Assembly (NCBI GenBank): GCA_964016885.1
Contig: OZ024741.1
Location: forward strand, 164,176,001 to 164,240,000
Length of the DNA stretch: 64,000 bases
Origin: Eledone cirrhosa
Lineage: Eukaryota
Direction of reading: 5' to 3'
This document shows positions 1-13,391 of the stretch, one piece after another. The notes under the pieces were generated by a model. That model was not told the origin of the DNA and did no database searches. It worked only from the letters and a program-made list of their open reading frames with translations. Within the stretch, counting starts at the first letter, position 1; each line of letters starts with the position of its first letter. Both the position numbers and the translations under genes were made by a program.

Positions 1-1300
1 GAAGAAGAGAGGGTAGATATCCTATGGTTAATATTAGGGATGAAGTCTTTAAATACTATGGGGGGATGGCATGACTGTTTATTTATATATTTTAGATTTT
101 CATTAGGTTTATGGTAAGGTTTAAAAGAAGCAGTAATTAAATCAAGATTAATATCAAGGAAATTGGCGTTGGTTAGATTTGTATCTATAGTAATTTTAAG
201 GTTTAGATTAGAAAAAGTATTTTACGAAATGTGGTATGAGAGACTGCTAGTCCGTCTGGTGGTATGAGAGACTGCTAGTCCGTCATCTCAATATAAACAG
301 ATAGTATGATTTGGGAATTTCTCTTTTAGTGTGTAGGAGGAATAAGCCAATTAAATCACATACATCGACACTATCAAAAGAATCCATTGAGACATCAAAA
401 GGATTTTCTGGGTTTGATTTATTTACTCAGGTTTCATCTTTGGTAAAAAGTAAAGATTTTCTAACATGCAAAATTACATCCTCTTCTAGTTCCAATATAT
501 TAGTATAATGTTTAGCAAATTCTAAAGCTTTGGTTAATAAGGAGTGAGTGATAGGTTAGAAGTCTACTATATCAAATTGAGTGAATCTAGACATATTTTT
601 CTTTGGTATAGTATTAAACCATAAAACCACTGAAGATGTATTTAACCATTGATAAAGTTCTGTTTTACTTCTTATTTGTTTGATGATGTTTCTTAAGATT
701 TTTTTTACTAGCAAAACCAATTTCTGATTTAGGAGGGTTAATAAGTCTACAACTAGGTCTGTTAATGAAATCTACTTTGTGGTCTTTCAGTGAAATATAG
801 ACTTTACGTTTTGCTAGGCTTTCAGTTCTATTGTCTATTTTTAATTTACTTGTAATGTCTTTAGCTTCATTATTTATAGTGTTATAGGTATTATTTTTGG
901 CTTTTTGATATTTGGTAGTCATACTATCAGTTAAGAGTTGGTTATGTAAATGGTTTATTTACTTCATATAAGATTTTAGGTTTTTTCGGAAAATACAAAC
1001 TTATTATTAGAAATATCATTAGCAATTTTAGTTTGAAAATTATTATTGTACTTACGAAATTTTAGTTGGTTGATCATATTAACTAAGTCTGATTCAAAAG
1101 GGGCCATATCCTTAACTCTTGGTGAGTATTTGCATGACTTGATGTCAAAGTAATCCTTTAAATTTATGCCGTCAAAAACCATAGCCTTCCATCTCATTCT
1201 TTGTACAACATTCTCAATCAACATTTTAGTGTAAGAAGCATTAGAGGCTGTCGGGATGTTTTTAATAGAGTAATCCATTTCATATATTTCCATTATTAAA
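1..1300 (-). mobile_element. Decayed Penelope-like retroelement, RT region (runs off window start)
   Basis: Minus-strand fragments YSIKNIP...RMRWKA, LKDHK...CRLINPPKSEIG, FTQFDIVDF*P, FDVSMDSFDSVDVCDLIG, LY*DDGL match the YRDDGL-type PLE RT; stops, frameshifts and a 28-bp tandem duplication near 231-284. Confidence 0.8.
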
Positions 1301-2249
1301 CTTTTTCTTTTTATCGACATCAAAAGGATAAAAGGCATAGTTACCCCCAGCGGCATTTGATTTCAGTGCGCCAAAATGAATCCTGCAAAGCATAAGAAAA
1401 GAAATTTATTTCGTTAATTCAGAAGAAAGAATGTAATAAGAAATTATTTTTAAAAATACGGAAAAGGAAGAGACAGGCAATGGCTCTAGTGTCACAGAAG
1501 AGTGAGGATGGGGAGGGTTCTAGTCAACATTCTAACGATTCTGCCAATTCGTCGCTTGTACTAATATTACATCGCATCAAAATGTTAAAAACACTGAAAT
1601 ATTAAATATATAATTTTATAGTTTTGAAAGAAAACCATCTCAGGATACAACTGAATGGGGTTGTTTCCCTTTGTAGAATGACACCAAAACTGTTTAATCA
1701 TAACTTCTTTAACAAGGCATGTTTTTAATGAAAGTTTGCAGAAATATGTTTTCGAAAGTGTAGATTACGATTATTTTGGTGGATTTTTTTTTACCCCAAT
1801 TTACAATTATAGGAATCACATATGTTCCAGAAATCAAAACCTCGATGAGCAGTGTTTTAAACTTCTATTTATGCCAGTCTAGAATTCAAATTCTCCGTTT
1901 TTCTCTTGGATTTTCAATTAATATTTTACATGTTTTTTTAATAATATGCCACATTCTGTCGGACCCTTCCTGAAAACTAACCTTCTCCTAAAGTTACCCA
2001 TTTCCTGTCCACCACCATTGCTATATGATCCAATCATAACTCAGCAGTTTATAGTAAGTTCTCTTACAAATCAGTATAGCAAAGCTACCACCTCGGTTAT
2101 TACTCCTTAAGTTTAGACCTGTTTGCTAGGTGGACTGCGAAATTTGGAAATTCTGAACATTCAATGACAATGTCACAGATAAAGATAAATTCACCTCCCG
2201 CTGCAGGACGAGAATACAAGAACCCGACCCCTCTTTATTTCAGACACGG

Positions 2250-4850
2250 ATGACCAACATAATTCCGTCTCCCAGACCCCTCCCTCCTTCTCCAACCCAC
2301 CTTCCCAACTTCAAAGTTGGTACCATGAACGTAGGCACATTGAAAGGTCGTTCAAATGAGATGCTTGAATGTAAAGAAGTTGATGTGTGTTGTGTTGAAG
2401 AGGCTAGATGGAGAGGTGGGTCTGCCAGATTCATCGTGGGTAAAAAACGATGCTATAAACTTTTCTGGATGGGAAATGACAACAGACTGGGTGGTGTAGG
2501 AATTATGTTAGCTGAAAAATGAGTAGATAAGGTAATTGACGTAAATAGAATGAATGACAGAATAATTAAAATAAGACTAGTTCTAAATAGAACTACTGTG
2601 ACAATAATATCCGCTTATGCACCCCAATCTGGTCTACCTGACATTATAAAGGACAGGTTCTATGAGACGCTAATGTACACTACCTCCCAAATAACCGATA
2701 GCGACTACTTAATTATTGCTGGCGACCTAAACGGTCACATTAGACAATATAGTGATGGCTATGATGGAATCCATGGAGGCTATGGGTTTGGAAATAGAAA
2801 TGAGGAAGGCTTTAGAATCCTGGAATTCTGTGACGCTAATAACCTAACTATCTGTAACACAAACTTCAAAAAACGAGAAAACCACTTGATCACCTATAGA
2901 TCAGAGGAACACGCCAGCCAGATAGATTATATCCTTACTAGAAAACGTGACAAAGTGTCTGTTGTAAACACTAAATCCCTCCCCCGTGAAGAATGCACCT
3001 CCCAACATAGCCTAGTAGTTAGTGACCTCATAGTCAGGCATAGACGTACTCGACGACAGAGGAGGACTGCCTTGAGGAGAAGAATATGGAAGTTGAAGGA
3101 CCCCATAGCCAGTGACAAATATAAAAGCTTATTACTTGATACCTTTGACAATAAGGAAGAGCAATTAGAGAAGTGCAATATAGAGGAACAGTAGGAATTC
3201 TTGAAATTGAACCTGCTGAAAGCGACGGATGAAATCTGTGGCCGGAGCAGACCTATTGGCAGGAGGACAGTAACTTGGTGGTGGAACAGTAAGGTAGAGG
3301 AGATAATCAGGGCAAAAAGCAGGCTTGGAAAGTATGGCAGGATGGGGGAAGTAGAGAATACTATCAAGTGGCCAGGAGAGAAGCTAGAATACAAGTGTAC
3401 CTTGCAAAAAGGGAAGCAGAGGATAGAAAGTTCAAGCATGTTCTACAACGTGAGGACCAAAAACGTGGTGTTCAGGATTGCTAGACAATGTGTCAAGGAA
3501 AACAGTGATATTGTCGGGGAGAAGTGTGTCCGTAATGATAATGGTGTACTTGCCCTCACTGATACTGATAAGAAGATAGCTTGGAAGTGTCACTATGAGA
3601 GACTATTAAATGAGGAGAATAAATGGGAAAAAGATAGTCTGCCCCAAATCGATCCAATAGAAGGACCAGTGGTGCAAGTTAAAGGTAGTATACTAAGTAA
3701 GGCAATCAAAGATATGAAGACAGGCAAGGCAGCTGGGAGTTCGGAAATAGTTGCTGAGATGTTGAAGGCATCTGGAATGGTGGGACATACTATGGCCACC
3801 CGTATAGTAGACCAAATAATACAAAATGGAGTCATACCAAAAGACTGACGTAGCAGCAGCATCATTAACTGCTACAAGGGTAAAGGGGATGCTCTAGATA
3901 GGGGAAACTATAGAGGCATTAAGTTAGTTGACCAGATCATGAAGGTCCAGAAAGAGTTATATCGCAATCAGAGAGCGAATTGATCTAGATGAAATGCAGT
4001 TTGGGTTTGTGTCAGGTAAAAGTACCACAGATGCTCTTTTCTTTGTACAACTATAGAAGTACCTAGCTAAAAGTAAACCCTTCTACTTAGCTTTTGTAGA
4101 CCTGGAGAAAGCTTTTGACAGAGGCCCCCGCTCCATTATCTGGTGGGCTCTTAGAAAACTAGGTGTAGATGAATGGCTTGTGAGAGCTATATAAGCCATG
4201 TATAAAGAAACAGTCAGTAAGGTTAGAATTAACAATGAATATTGTGAAGAATTTAGTGTAAAAGTTGGTGTTCATCAAGGCTCTATCCTTAGCCCCCTCC
4301 TATTTATTATTGCCCTTCAGGCTATAACAGAGGAGTTTAAGACCGGCTGCCAATGGGAACTCCTATACGCAGATGATCTAACGCTCATAGCTGAATCAAT
4401 GGCTGAACTAGAGAAGAAATTCCAAACATGGAAGCATGGCCTAGAATCAAAAGGCATTAAAGTTAACTTGTCTAAGACTAAAGTTCTAGTTTGTAGAAAG
4501 GAAAATGGGCACAGGGGCCCTCATGGAAATGGCCATGCTCAGTCTGTAGGAAAGGAGTAGGCAGAAATTCCATTTTATGTCCCAAATGCAAACTATGGGT
4601 ACATAAAACATGTAGTGGGATCACAGGTAAGCTAACTAAGAACGTAGATTTTATATGCGGCCGATGCTCGGGTGCAATAAGTAGCAAGTGCCCACTGGAT
4701 ACTAGCTCCTTCTATTGCCCAGATGGTTCTTTCCGTTACCTGAGTGACAAAATCAGCAGTCGTGGAGAGTGTTCTGAAAGTACAGTAGCCAGAGTCAGAA
4801 CAGGATGGAAAAAGTTCAAAGAGCTTATACCGCTGTTGGCCACAAAACTA
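2250..4850 (+). mobile_element. RTE-clade LINE ORF2 pseudogene (AP endonuclease + RT)
   Basis: GTMNVGTL, SAYAPQ, AGDLNGH, SQIDYIL (APE); FVDLEKAFD, GVHQGSILSPLLF, LLYADDL (RT); Cys-rich insert; many stops and frameshifts. Confidence 0.92.
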
Positions 4851-5049
4851 TTCCGCCTAGAAATTATTGACTGAAATGGAAGCGCTATAGGTCATCAGGA
4901 TTTCTTACAAAATTAACAGGGGAAGGCGGGGTTGTGGGCGTATATGGGTGTATTGTCTGGTTTGGGGGAGGCGTGAAGGGGATGACGCCCGTTTGATGGC
5001 ATTCCTTAGATTCTACCAATTCCTCAAATGATTCCTTAGCATGACCTGG

Positions 5050-5125
5050 ACACTGGCCGCGTACCGGTAGCTGATGGCTCGCGTACCGGCACCGGTCCGC
5101 AGACCACCACTTTGAGTAGCACTGG
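5050..5125. mobile_element. Possible hAT-type MITE terminus (similar end at ~6175-6212)
   Basis: ...ccggtccgcagaccaccactttgagtagcactg, reading as CAGTG-type TIR on minus; related ccggtccgc...tttgagaagcact at 6179-6211. Confidence 0.4.
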
Positions 5126-5388
5126 TCTAGGTTATTAGTTTCTTAATAACTAGAACCTCTCCCAGTGATTGATATTTTATTACTGAATTAAGCTTCCATA
5201 ATTTTTGTATTTTTTTTTCTTTGTATATTCGATTAATGTTATTCTTATAATTGTTGTTACTTCAATTAATAAGTATTATTAAAATTATGGATATTCATTC
5301 TCCATTGCGCGTGGCACTGTCCTCAATTGAACCACGACTGGAAGAAGAAACAGGCTCACCTTTCACACTAGTAAAGATTAAGGTTATA

Positions 5389-6045
5389 GGCGATATCCAA
5401 TTTTAGCTGTCTAAATGCCGCTTACTTGCTGCAGTTGCTGCTTACTTCAATGTATGAGGCTATTCCAACAAATTTACATTCCCCCTTTTTTTTAGCCGTT
5501 AAAAGAAATATAGATTTTTTTTGGGGGGGGGGGGGGGGGATTTATTAGAGAGGGGGGGGTGCTCCCTTCTTCTCTTACTGCATTTTTATTACAATCACTA
5601 ATACTTACTATTATACCGAGGGGCCCTGCCCGTTTGGGAAAGGCTCTACAGACACGGATTCCGGGACGGAAACCCCTTGGAAAAGAAATGTCCCAGATGC
5701 GTTTGCAACGAGGAAACTGTGGTGATATGTCGCCAACCAACAAATGGTCCTCTTGGAGAAAAAGGCACTCAGTCACAGCCAATTCCATGAAAGATGGGTG
5801 AAAGTAGCAATAATGGCCCGTGTACGTGGGCCATCTCTCTATATCGGCTTGTACAGGTAAGAGAAGAAGGGAGCACACACACACACACACACACACACCC
5901 TCTCTAATAAATCGCAAAAATAAATAAATCTATATTTCTTTTAACGGCTAAAAAAAAGGGGGAATGTAAATTTGTTGAAATAGCCTCATACATTGAAGTA
6001 AGCAGCAAGTAAGCGGCATTTAGACAGCTAAAATTGGATATCGCC
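5389..6045. mobile_element. Fold-back/MITE-like element with ~190-bp terminal inverted repeats
   Basis: ggcgatatccaattttagctgtctaaatgccgc...ctcccttcttctcttac (5389-5578) is the reverse complement of 5857-6045. Confidence 0.8.
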
Positions 6046-6709
6046 ATTATTTGTTTACAAAATAAATAGAAGATAAAAAATGGTCAACTTTTATTATATT
6101 CATTATATATATCGTTTCCGGTATAAACTAATATTACTACGAAATATTAGCCGTACGTGGCACATTGAAAAAAAATGCCGGTCCGCCACATCAGTTAGTT
6201 TGAGAAGCACTCACCTAGACCATATTAATATTCATTTTATATCTTCTCTGTAATATTATAAAACTACTGTGGTTGGAAATTTACCTGGATTAAACTCTGA
6301 ACTGTCTTATTCCTATATTGGTGTGAACTCTAAAATTTGAGCTTTGTTTGTGTGTGAGTGTGTTCGAAATATATTTTATTTTGAAACTTAGCTGCCGTTT
6401 AGAACGACCTACCATCGAGCAGTGCTAAATGGCGGCAAAAACATTATATTATATAACTAGTTGGTCCCTACAGTAAAATATGACGGTTAATTGTAGTATT
6501 TTATATATTAAAAGGGTACAAAACGAAGCTTTTAGTTTAATAATTCTTTTATGAAATTTTTTTGTTGAAAAAACTACGCACAACAAACATAGATAACCAA
6601 GATAATATATTGGTGTGCTTATGCATACATTTATATGTACGATTATATAAAATATAAACACATATACTCACACAAACACTAACACAATGATTGTTTCTAC
6701 TTTTGGCAT

Positions 6710-6989
6710 TGTAGCCGGAGGCATTGGGACTTACCTTGCGTCTTTCTATCACTCGTTCCACTGTCCACGTAGGGTACTACCAAACAGCGTCTCCTCACGC
6801 GGCGCTAACAGCCAAGTGGCCGCTGCCCACCGATTGGTCCCTCGTGTCGCCCCCGTCCTCCTACTTCCGGTCAGGTGTCTCCCAACTTCCGGCAATCCCC
6901 CTTCTACGCCAGCTCAACACACCCCTCTATCTCACGGCAGCCCCACACGCACCCCTGATCTCAAGGATCAATCCCCCCCCCCTATCACA
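6710..6989 (-). repeat. 3' LTR of Gypsy element
   Basis: TGTGATAG...GCTACA termini on minus; similar to 10165-10399; partial third copy at ~7735-7928. Confidence 0.8.
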
Positions 6990-9900
6990 TTGCTCCATGT
7001 CAAAATTCACAATCCACCTAGGTTGGTGGCGGCTCCGTTGTGATCTCCGCACTGCTGGGGCGGCACTTTCGTTTTCTTCTTCCTCGGAGTCAGTCACAAC
7101 AATGACTCTACGGATGTCCAAGATGTGACGTGGCATTCCGTCCACAGACACGTTATTTTGGGAATTTACGGCGGTTACCATTCCCTTGCCCCATTGAGAT
7201 GTGCAACGCGCGTTCGGGGGCTTGACCCATACTTCTTCCCCCACTCGTACGAATTCGCTCTCTCTCTCTCCACCGGTTGGTGTGGTACCGTTCACGGGTG
7301 TCGCCATTCGTATCTATATATTGCCCTGTGCGGCACAGACTCCTCGGCCTGTCCCACCCGAGGAGGCATGTACCAGAACACTGCCTCCATTGGCGGAATG
7401 TGCCCCCTTTCCGCCATGGCCTTGATCGTGCGATGGTGTCTCTCCACGATCCCATTTCCGCTCGGCCTGTATGCCACTCTGAAGAAGCAGCGATCCGAGT
7501 GAAACGCCCTGCTGTTGTCCATCAGCAGTTCATCTACAGGGCGCCGCTCCAAGAATATCTCTCTCAGCGTCCGCGCGATTTCCTCCGCAGTCCCTGTCTT
7601 CATTTCCCTCCATATCGCCATCCGTCCCGGTTCACAATCGACCATCGAGAGATATGTTTCTTGTCAGTAGTATGTCACGTCCACCGCCAATCGCTTCTAG
7701 TTGTGATCCACCGGGATGCTACCTGTCTCGTGCACACCGATTGGTCCCTCGTGTCGCCCCCGTCCTCCTGCTTCCGGTCAGGTGTCTCCCAACTTCCGGC
7801 AATCCCCCTTCTACGCCAGCTCAACACCCCCCCCTCTATCTCACGGCTGCCCCACACGCCCCCCTTATCTCAAGGATCAATCCCCCCATCACATTGCTCC
7901 ATGTCAAAATTCACAACCCACCTAGGTTGGCAGGGTCGATAGACTGGCATCTGTCGCAACCTCCGACCACTCTGCTAACATCAGAGTCGATTCTTCTGGC
8001 TAGGAACAGGGTCCTATCCACTCTCATGTGGTGCATGGCGTGCAGTCCCCTCAACTCCGAATCACCCAGCCGACACACTGCCACTATCCCCTTCTCTGTG
8101 TCCTCTGGCGTTTCCAGTCAGGCTTTCTTCACCCTGGTTAATACGTCTGCCGTTTTACTCAACTCCAGGCCGAACTCGGTGGACACCTCTTCCAGAGTTC
8201 CTGGGCGGCGCTTTATCAACATTTCTGTTGTCCCTCTCGTTCGCACCCTCTTCTCACTGGTAAGTACTGATCTCACCCATCCGAGTACAGTGGCCGAGTC
8301 AGTGCGAATTTCTATAGTGCGCATCCCCCATGGCAGGGCGAGATTCACTCCTCTCAGCACAGCATCCAGTTCGGCTACGTTGATGTGGTTGCAGTCCTCC
8401 TCCTTCCTGGGCCAGGCTGCGTCCTCGACCTCGACGCCCCCTATCTCCAGAGTCACCCCTAGTGCTATGTTGCTGGCATCACACCATACAGTCCCGCTCT
8501 CCGATTTGGGGGAAAAACCAGCGTCGTCTCACTGGGTCATTCGCCTTTACCCTCTCCACGATCTCCTGCATCATGGCCACTGTCCTCTCTCCAACCCTGT
8601 CACCCCAGCTCACCCCATCTGCTCGTCTCTTGACATAGCTGCATGCCGTCCGGAGCCACCCTGCGATCGGATAGTAGCCCACCAATTTACACACATTGAA
8701 AAGAGTTCCCGTCTATTCATATCGGGGCCCAGTTCCAGGACTTCGTTACCTCTCCGAAACACCAGTGTGCCCGTCGTATCTCTTTGCAGCCTGAGTCCTA
8801 GCGCGGCTCCTCTTTCCATCGCATTCGGCGGTTTCGCGGTCAGCCTGAACCTTCCCAAGTGGCCTGAGACCTATGCTGCTGACACCACCGTCTCGTCCAC
8901 CAAGATGTCGTCAATGTAGGAGTTGGTGACCCTCTTCACCTTGTCTGCTTTTCCCAGAATGTCCTTGAGGACCGTGGCCATGATTTTTGGTGCAGAGTTC
9001 AACCCGAAGCCAAGCCTGGTCAGGCAGTATGTCTGTCCCTTATACCTGACCAGCTGAAATTTACACAGCTTCTCATCCATGTGTAACTGCAGATATGCCG
9101 ACTTTAAGTCGACAATCGTGGAGGCCCCCGTCATTCGTCTCCATTCTCGCAAGGTTTACCCGCAAACATCCATGACCTCACCACCTGTGTGGCATGACAC
9201 GTGTTCGTTCAAGTCCAACACCGGCCTAACCTTGTTCTTCATGGGCTGCACTACTGCCATTAATGGCAACACTCCACACTTTACCTCCTCCTTCCAGGGA
9301 ATCAGTATACCCTCCTCGATCCATCTCTGTACCTCTCCCTCAAACTCGCTTCTGGCATTTCCTTTCAGGGTGTGCTGATAGCAGCCCACTCTGTTCTTCA
9401 GTGTTGGTGGATCTCGCTTCCCGTACCACTCAACTACCCACCGCTGCCCATCGAACACCGCCCTAAAATCCATGTCCTGTATGGTATTTTCTTCTTGGAT
9501 CTCCCTGTTTTTCGTGGATTCTCCCAACACACTCACGGCACATGATGTCTCCTCGCTACCAAACGTTACCCCGACTTCACTCACTGTAACACTCCTTAAG
9601 CAGCCAATCACACCCATGCCCATTACTACATCGATTCCGTCAACCACCTGGTCAATCACGATCGCCCGAAGCCTAATTTTTCTTCCCCGTACCACCATTG
9701 ACACCTTGCTGCTACCTCTGCATCTAATTTCCCTGCCGTCGACTGCCCTTATACTGCTCATCCCGCTCCACTGTTTAACTACCTTCGTGGTCACTAGTGT
9801 TATCGTGCAACCCGTGTCCACGAGTGCTCGCGATGGCTTCCCCCCTCCCCCCACCAGAACTTCCACTACGAGCAGCAACTGCAAAGGCTCCTCTACTCTA

Positions 9901-10164
9901 CCGGCGCAGTAGTCCTCCTTGGACCATTTCCCTGGTCGTAATGATTGGCAATGTGGCCTGGTCGCTTGCAGCGGTAGCAGATTATGGCTGGCTTCGGTTC
10001 TCTGCAGTCCCTTACCACGTGCGCGAGCACTAGCATTTGAAACACAGGCCTCCGAACGCACGCGGACGACTATTCACAGCGGCTGGTCTCCATTCGTTGT
10101 ACGTCGGTCGCTGTCGACTGCCATGGGCTTCCATCGCTGTCAGCGCTGCAACATTCCCCCTCAC

Positions 10165-10399
10165 GGAGGCATTGGGACTTACCTTGCGTCTTTCTATCAT
10201 TCGTTCCATCGTCCACGTGGGGTACTTCCAAGCAGCGTCTATCTTCACACGATCCGTCTCCTCACGGTGCTAACAACCAAGTGTCCACTGCCCACCGCTT
10301 GGACCCTCGTGTCGCCCTCATTCTCCTGCTTCCGGTCAGGTGTCCCCCAACTTCCGGCGATCCCCTCCCACAGCAGCTCTACACACCCCCTCTATCACA
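10165..10399 (-). repeat. 5' LTR of Gypsy element (truncated on inner side)
   Basis: Begins TGTGATAG on minus; shares ggaggcattgggacttaccttgcgtctttctatca and cttccggtcaggtgtc with the 3' LTR. Confidence 0.8.
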
Positions 10400-10562
10400 A
10401 TGCATTAGGCGATTTAGCGATCTCTCTCTATAATTCGTAGTCTTTCTATTTTTAGATAGATACATAAATATAACGTTGCGCCCTTATAATATCTGTCTGT
10501 ATGCCCGGCTGTCTGCATTACGACATTATGACGCGGTGTGTGTGTGTGTATATATATATATA

Positions 10563-10607
<45 letters not shown>

Positions 10608-10617
10608 TATATATATA

Positions 10618-13391
10618 CTAGCAGTTTAGCCCGGCGTTGCTCGGGTTTGTTCATTTGCTATGAAAAGTTACATACAGGTAAACGTGGCTTGAAAGCGAAT
10701 AAGCTTATCAATTAAGTGCATAAAGCAGTTGAACCGGTTATTAAAAGTTACGAACCAATTAGCATTTTGGACAATCAATGATGGGTTAATAATCTTCCAA
10801 TAGCGAATTTAGTAGACCAAAGCTGCAAGATGGTGGCCCTAATGCCGCTGGGTGTCAGATCTGTCCGCCATGGGTGACCCTACCAGGAAATAGTTTTCCA
10901 GACGGCATAGCTCCAACACCTCCAACACCTGCACCAACATCTATAGCACCTCTTTGTAGACGATATTGCTTGTCATCCCTTGAGGAGTGTAAGCAAAAAG
11001 TCCATTCCTGCTCCCTACGCGGAAACAGGCAACATAAAGTTGGCCATGGGAGAAGCATGGCTCTCCCAAATGGATGCCCGCCACCGACAATGTTTGCCCT
11101 TGTGACTTGTTATGGACATGGCAAAACATGGTCTCACCGGGAATTGGTATCGCCGGAAATCGAACGGGATATCTGACGCCAAGAGGAAAAAGGTTCATCC
11201 TTGGAATGAAAACATTCTCCTCTCTCCCGCACCCCGTTACAATGGTGGCCTCAATAGAGTGGGGCGTCAGTGACTTGACGACCATGCGAGTACAGTTGCA
11301 CTGTTTTGGTGGACGCAATTTCCTTATTAGCATAATGGGACAGCCAACCCTAAGCTTAAGAATGTGAGGTGGGAGCCCTGGGGGCTCAAGGGAATTTAAT
11401 AACTCAACCGGATAATTAACGATATCGTCGGGGTCTGACGTCCGGTCGATAGATTTGAAGATGTGCTCTTTACCGGGTATCTTCTCAATCAGCTGCTCTT
11501 TAATAAAATTAACCATGCTATTTTTCGGAGCCAAACGAGGTTTTTAAAGTTAGATGAGACATTAGGAAAAACTGCTTCCCAAAGGTCAGATGGGCTGCTC
11601 ACAATGTTACACAGGGAGTCGATTGCTATGCCGCCCTTGTTATCCGCAGGGACCTTGCCCTCACCAAGTGCTAAAACGTTCTGAGCAAATGCTGCAGACA
11701 TGTTGTCACCATGCAAATGAGCACGCATATTTGTGCTCAGGTACAAACTCTTCACTTGGAGCCACAACATGGACGACTTAAGACAGGCACGCACTTCATC
11801 AGTTCTTGTTCCTTTGGAGATGACGGGCAGCGTTTGCCGAAAATCCCCTGATAGCAGAAGGGTTACGCCACCCATAGGAGCCGTAGAATCCCTAATGTCT
11901 TTCAGGGTCCTGTCCAATGCCTCAAGGGCACCCTTGTGTGCCATTATGTACCCATCCCAAACAATGAGGCAACACTTTTTGAGAACCAGAGCTTCGTGTG
12001 AACTCTTGCTGATATTGCATGTTGGTCTCTCAGTTTTTATTAAATCCAAGGTGAGTTTAAAGGTTGAATGTGCTGTCCTGACTTACGGGCACAGTGTAAA
12101 CCCTTCCAAGACCAGGTTGTCTTTCAACAGCCTGACCTGACTTTCTTCGCACCCAAGTGTTTTTCGACTATATAAAGTAGGATGGAACCTGGGGGTACAC
12201 AATTGTTTGCGCAAATGGATCGAACTGGCAAAGTTTGAAGAAACCCGTCAGAGTGGCCTCTTTCGGATCGGCGACCAATTTGGCGGCGTTTTGGTCCGTA
12301 AAGTAAACCCTTTGCGCATTTTCCAAATGTACCGCAAGCTGTACGATGGCAGGGTGCCGTTGGTGTAGGGGTAAACCAAAAAGGCACCAAAAAGCTTCAT
12401 TGCTAGTGATATACCACTCCGCCAGATATTCTGAGACCTCGTCCCTTCTATTTTCAGCTTGAAATGCGAACATTGCGGCATCAGAGCCCTTATTTACATA
12501 TTTGCATATGTATTTTATCGACTTGACGGAGTTGCAAAACTCAACGTTGATGTGGGCGTTGAACATCTTCAAGAGAAGCGGGCCGTTCTCGGGCCGTCTC
12601 CGCCTGTACAGAGGGTACCCGTTGCCACAAGTCTGAGTCTGGTCAACAAATGTTTTGGGGTATCCCTTACTGCACGACCCCCCTTTCAGACACGTGTGAT
12701 GCTCATTAGGACCCGACGCACACGGACCATGTTAGCTTTGACGATGTCATGTAATTCCTGGTCAGTTGCTGGGTTAGGGATTTCAGCCGAAATGAAGCTG
12801 TCTATGGCATTTGATTGATTTTATCAGCTAACCAAATCAAAATGTGAGCATGTGGCAGCCCTCGTTTTTTCCATTCGACCGTGAACATGTCACATTTTAC
12901 AGCCCCAAATACCTGACCCTTTTTGATTAAAGCCATGAGTTTAGCCACTTTCAGTCTGAACACTCTGGCAATGAGGTCATGTCTGTTCGAATAATTTTGC
13001 CCGGGAAAAAGTTCACGGGTTACATTCCGATTCATATGTCTGTAGCATTAATCTGTTATATGAAGTGTTATTTTGCGGGTTGTTATTTGCAATAAGCCGA
13101 TTGAAAATGCCCCAGATAAGCCGTATGTCAATACGGAACGCTCCAATGCAGTGTTGTCATATAGGGAGTGAAGAGCGACAGAGAGAGTAAAGCAGTTAAA
13201 TTATAGAGAGGGGGAATGATCATGATCGATTTTTGCCCTTATTGTTGATGGCTTTGAAATTTGTTTGCTTCATGACCTCTTCCTGGCCAAAAGCAATAAT
13301 TGTCCCGACTTTGAATAGAATCCGTTGGAAATTGTGGACGTGCATACGTTACAAACCTTAACACACACATCCTCAGCTTTATATATATAGA
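10618..13391 (-). mobile_element. Helitron with deleted RepHel (Rep + Pif1 helicase fragments) and both termini
   Basis: VEWKKRGLPHAH, HINVEFCNSVKSIKYICKY, LLSGDFRQTLPV, KSQGQTL...HGQLYVA; 3' hairpin cccgagcaacgccggg + CTAG at ~10618-10646; 5' TCTATATATATAAAG at 13391. Confidence 0.92.

Larger units (their letters stand above)
6710..10399 (-). mobile_element. Gypsy/Ty3 LTR retrotransposon, internally deleted and frameshifted
   Basis: Zn knuckle CYRCKRPGHIA, protease LVDTGCT, RT DLKSAYLQ/FGLNSAP/YIDD, RNase H HINVAEL/RTDS, integrase GNGIVERHHRTIK in PR-RT-RH-IN order; related LTRs at both ends. Confidence 0.92.

Noticed and set aside
281-300. In-frame TGA in the PLE catalytic motif (LY*DD) as selenocysteine
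   Set aside because: The position corresponds to Arg of YRDD (a single change from CGA or AGA), and the element has other stops and frameshifts.
4845-4905. CTGATGA on minus followed by ccta...tagg
   Set aside because: No correctly placed GAAA or stems I and III; spans a junction between elements.
7125-10440. Long plus-strand ORFs such as 7654-8919 (421 aa)
   Set aside because: Antisense shadows of the GC-rich Gypsy pol with no recognisable motifs.
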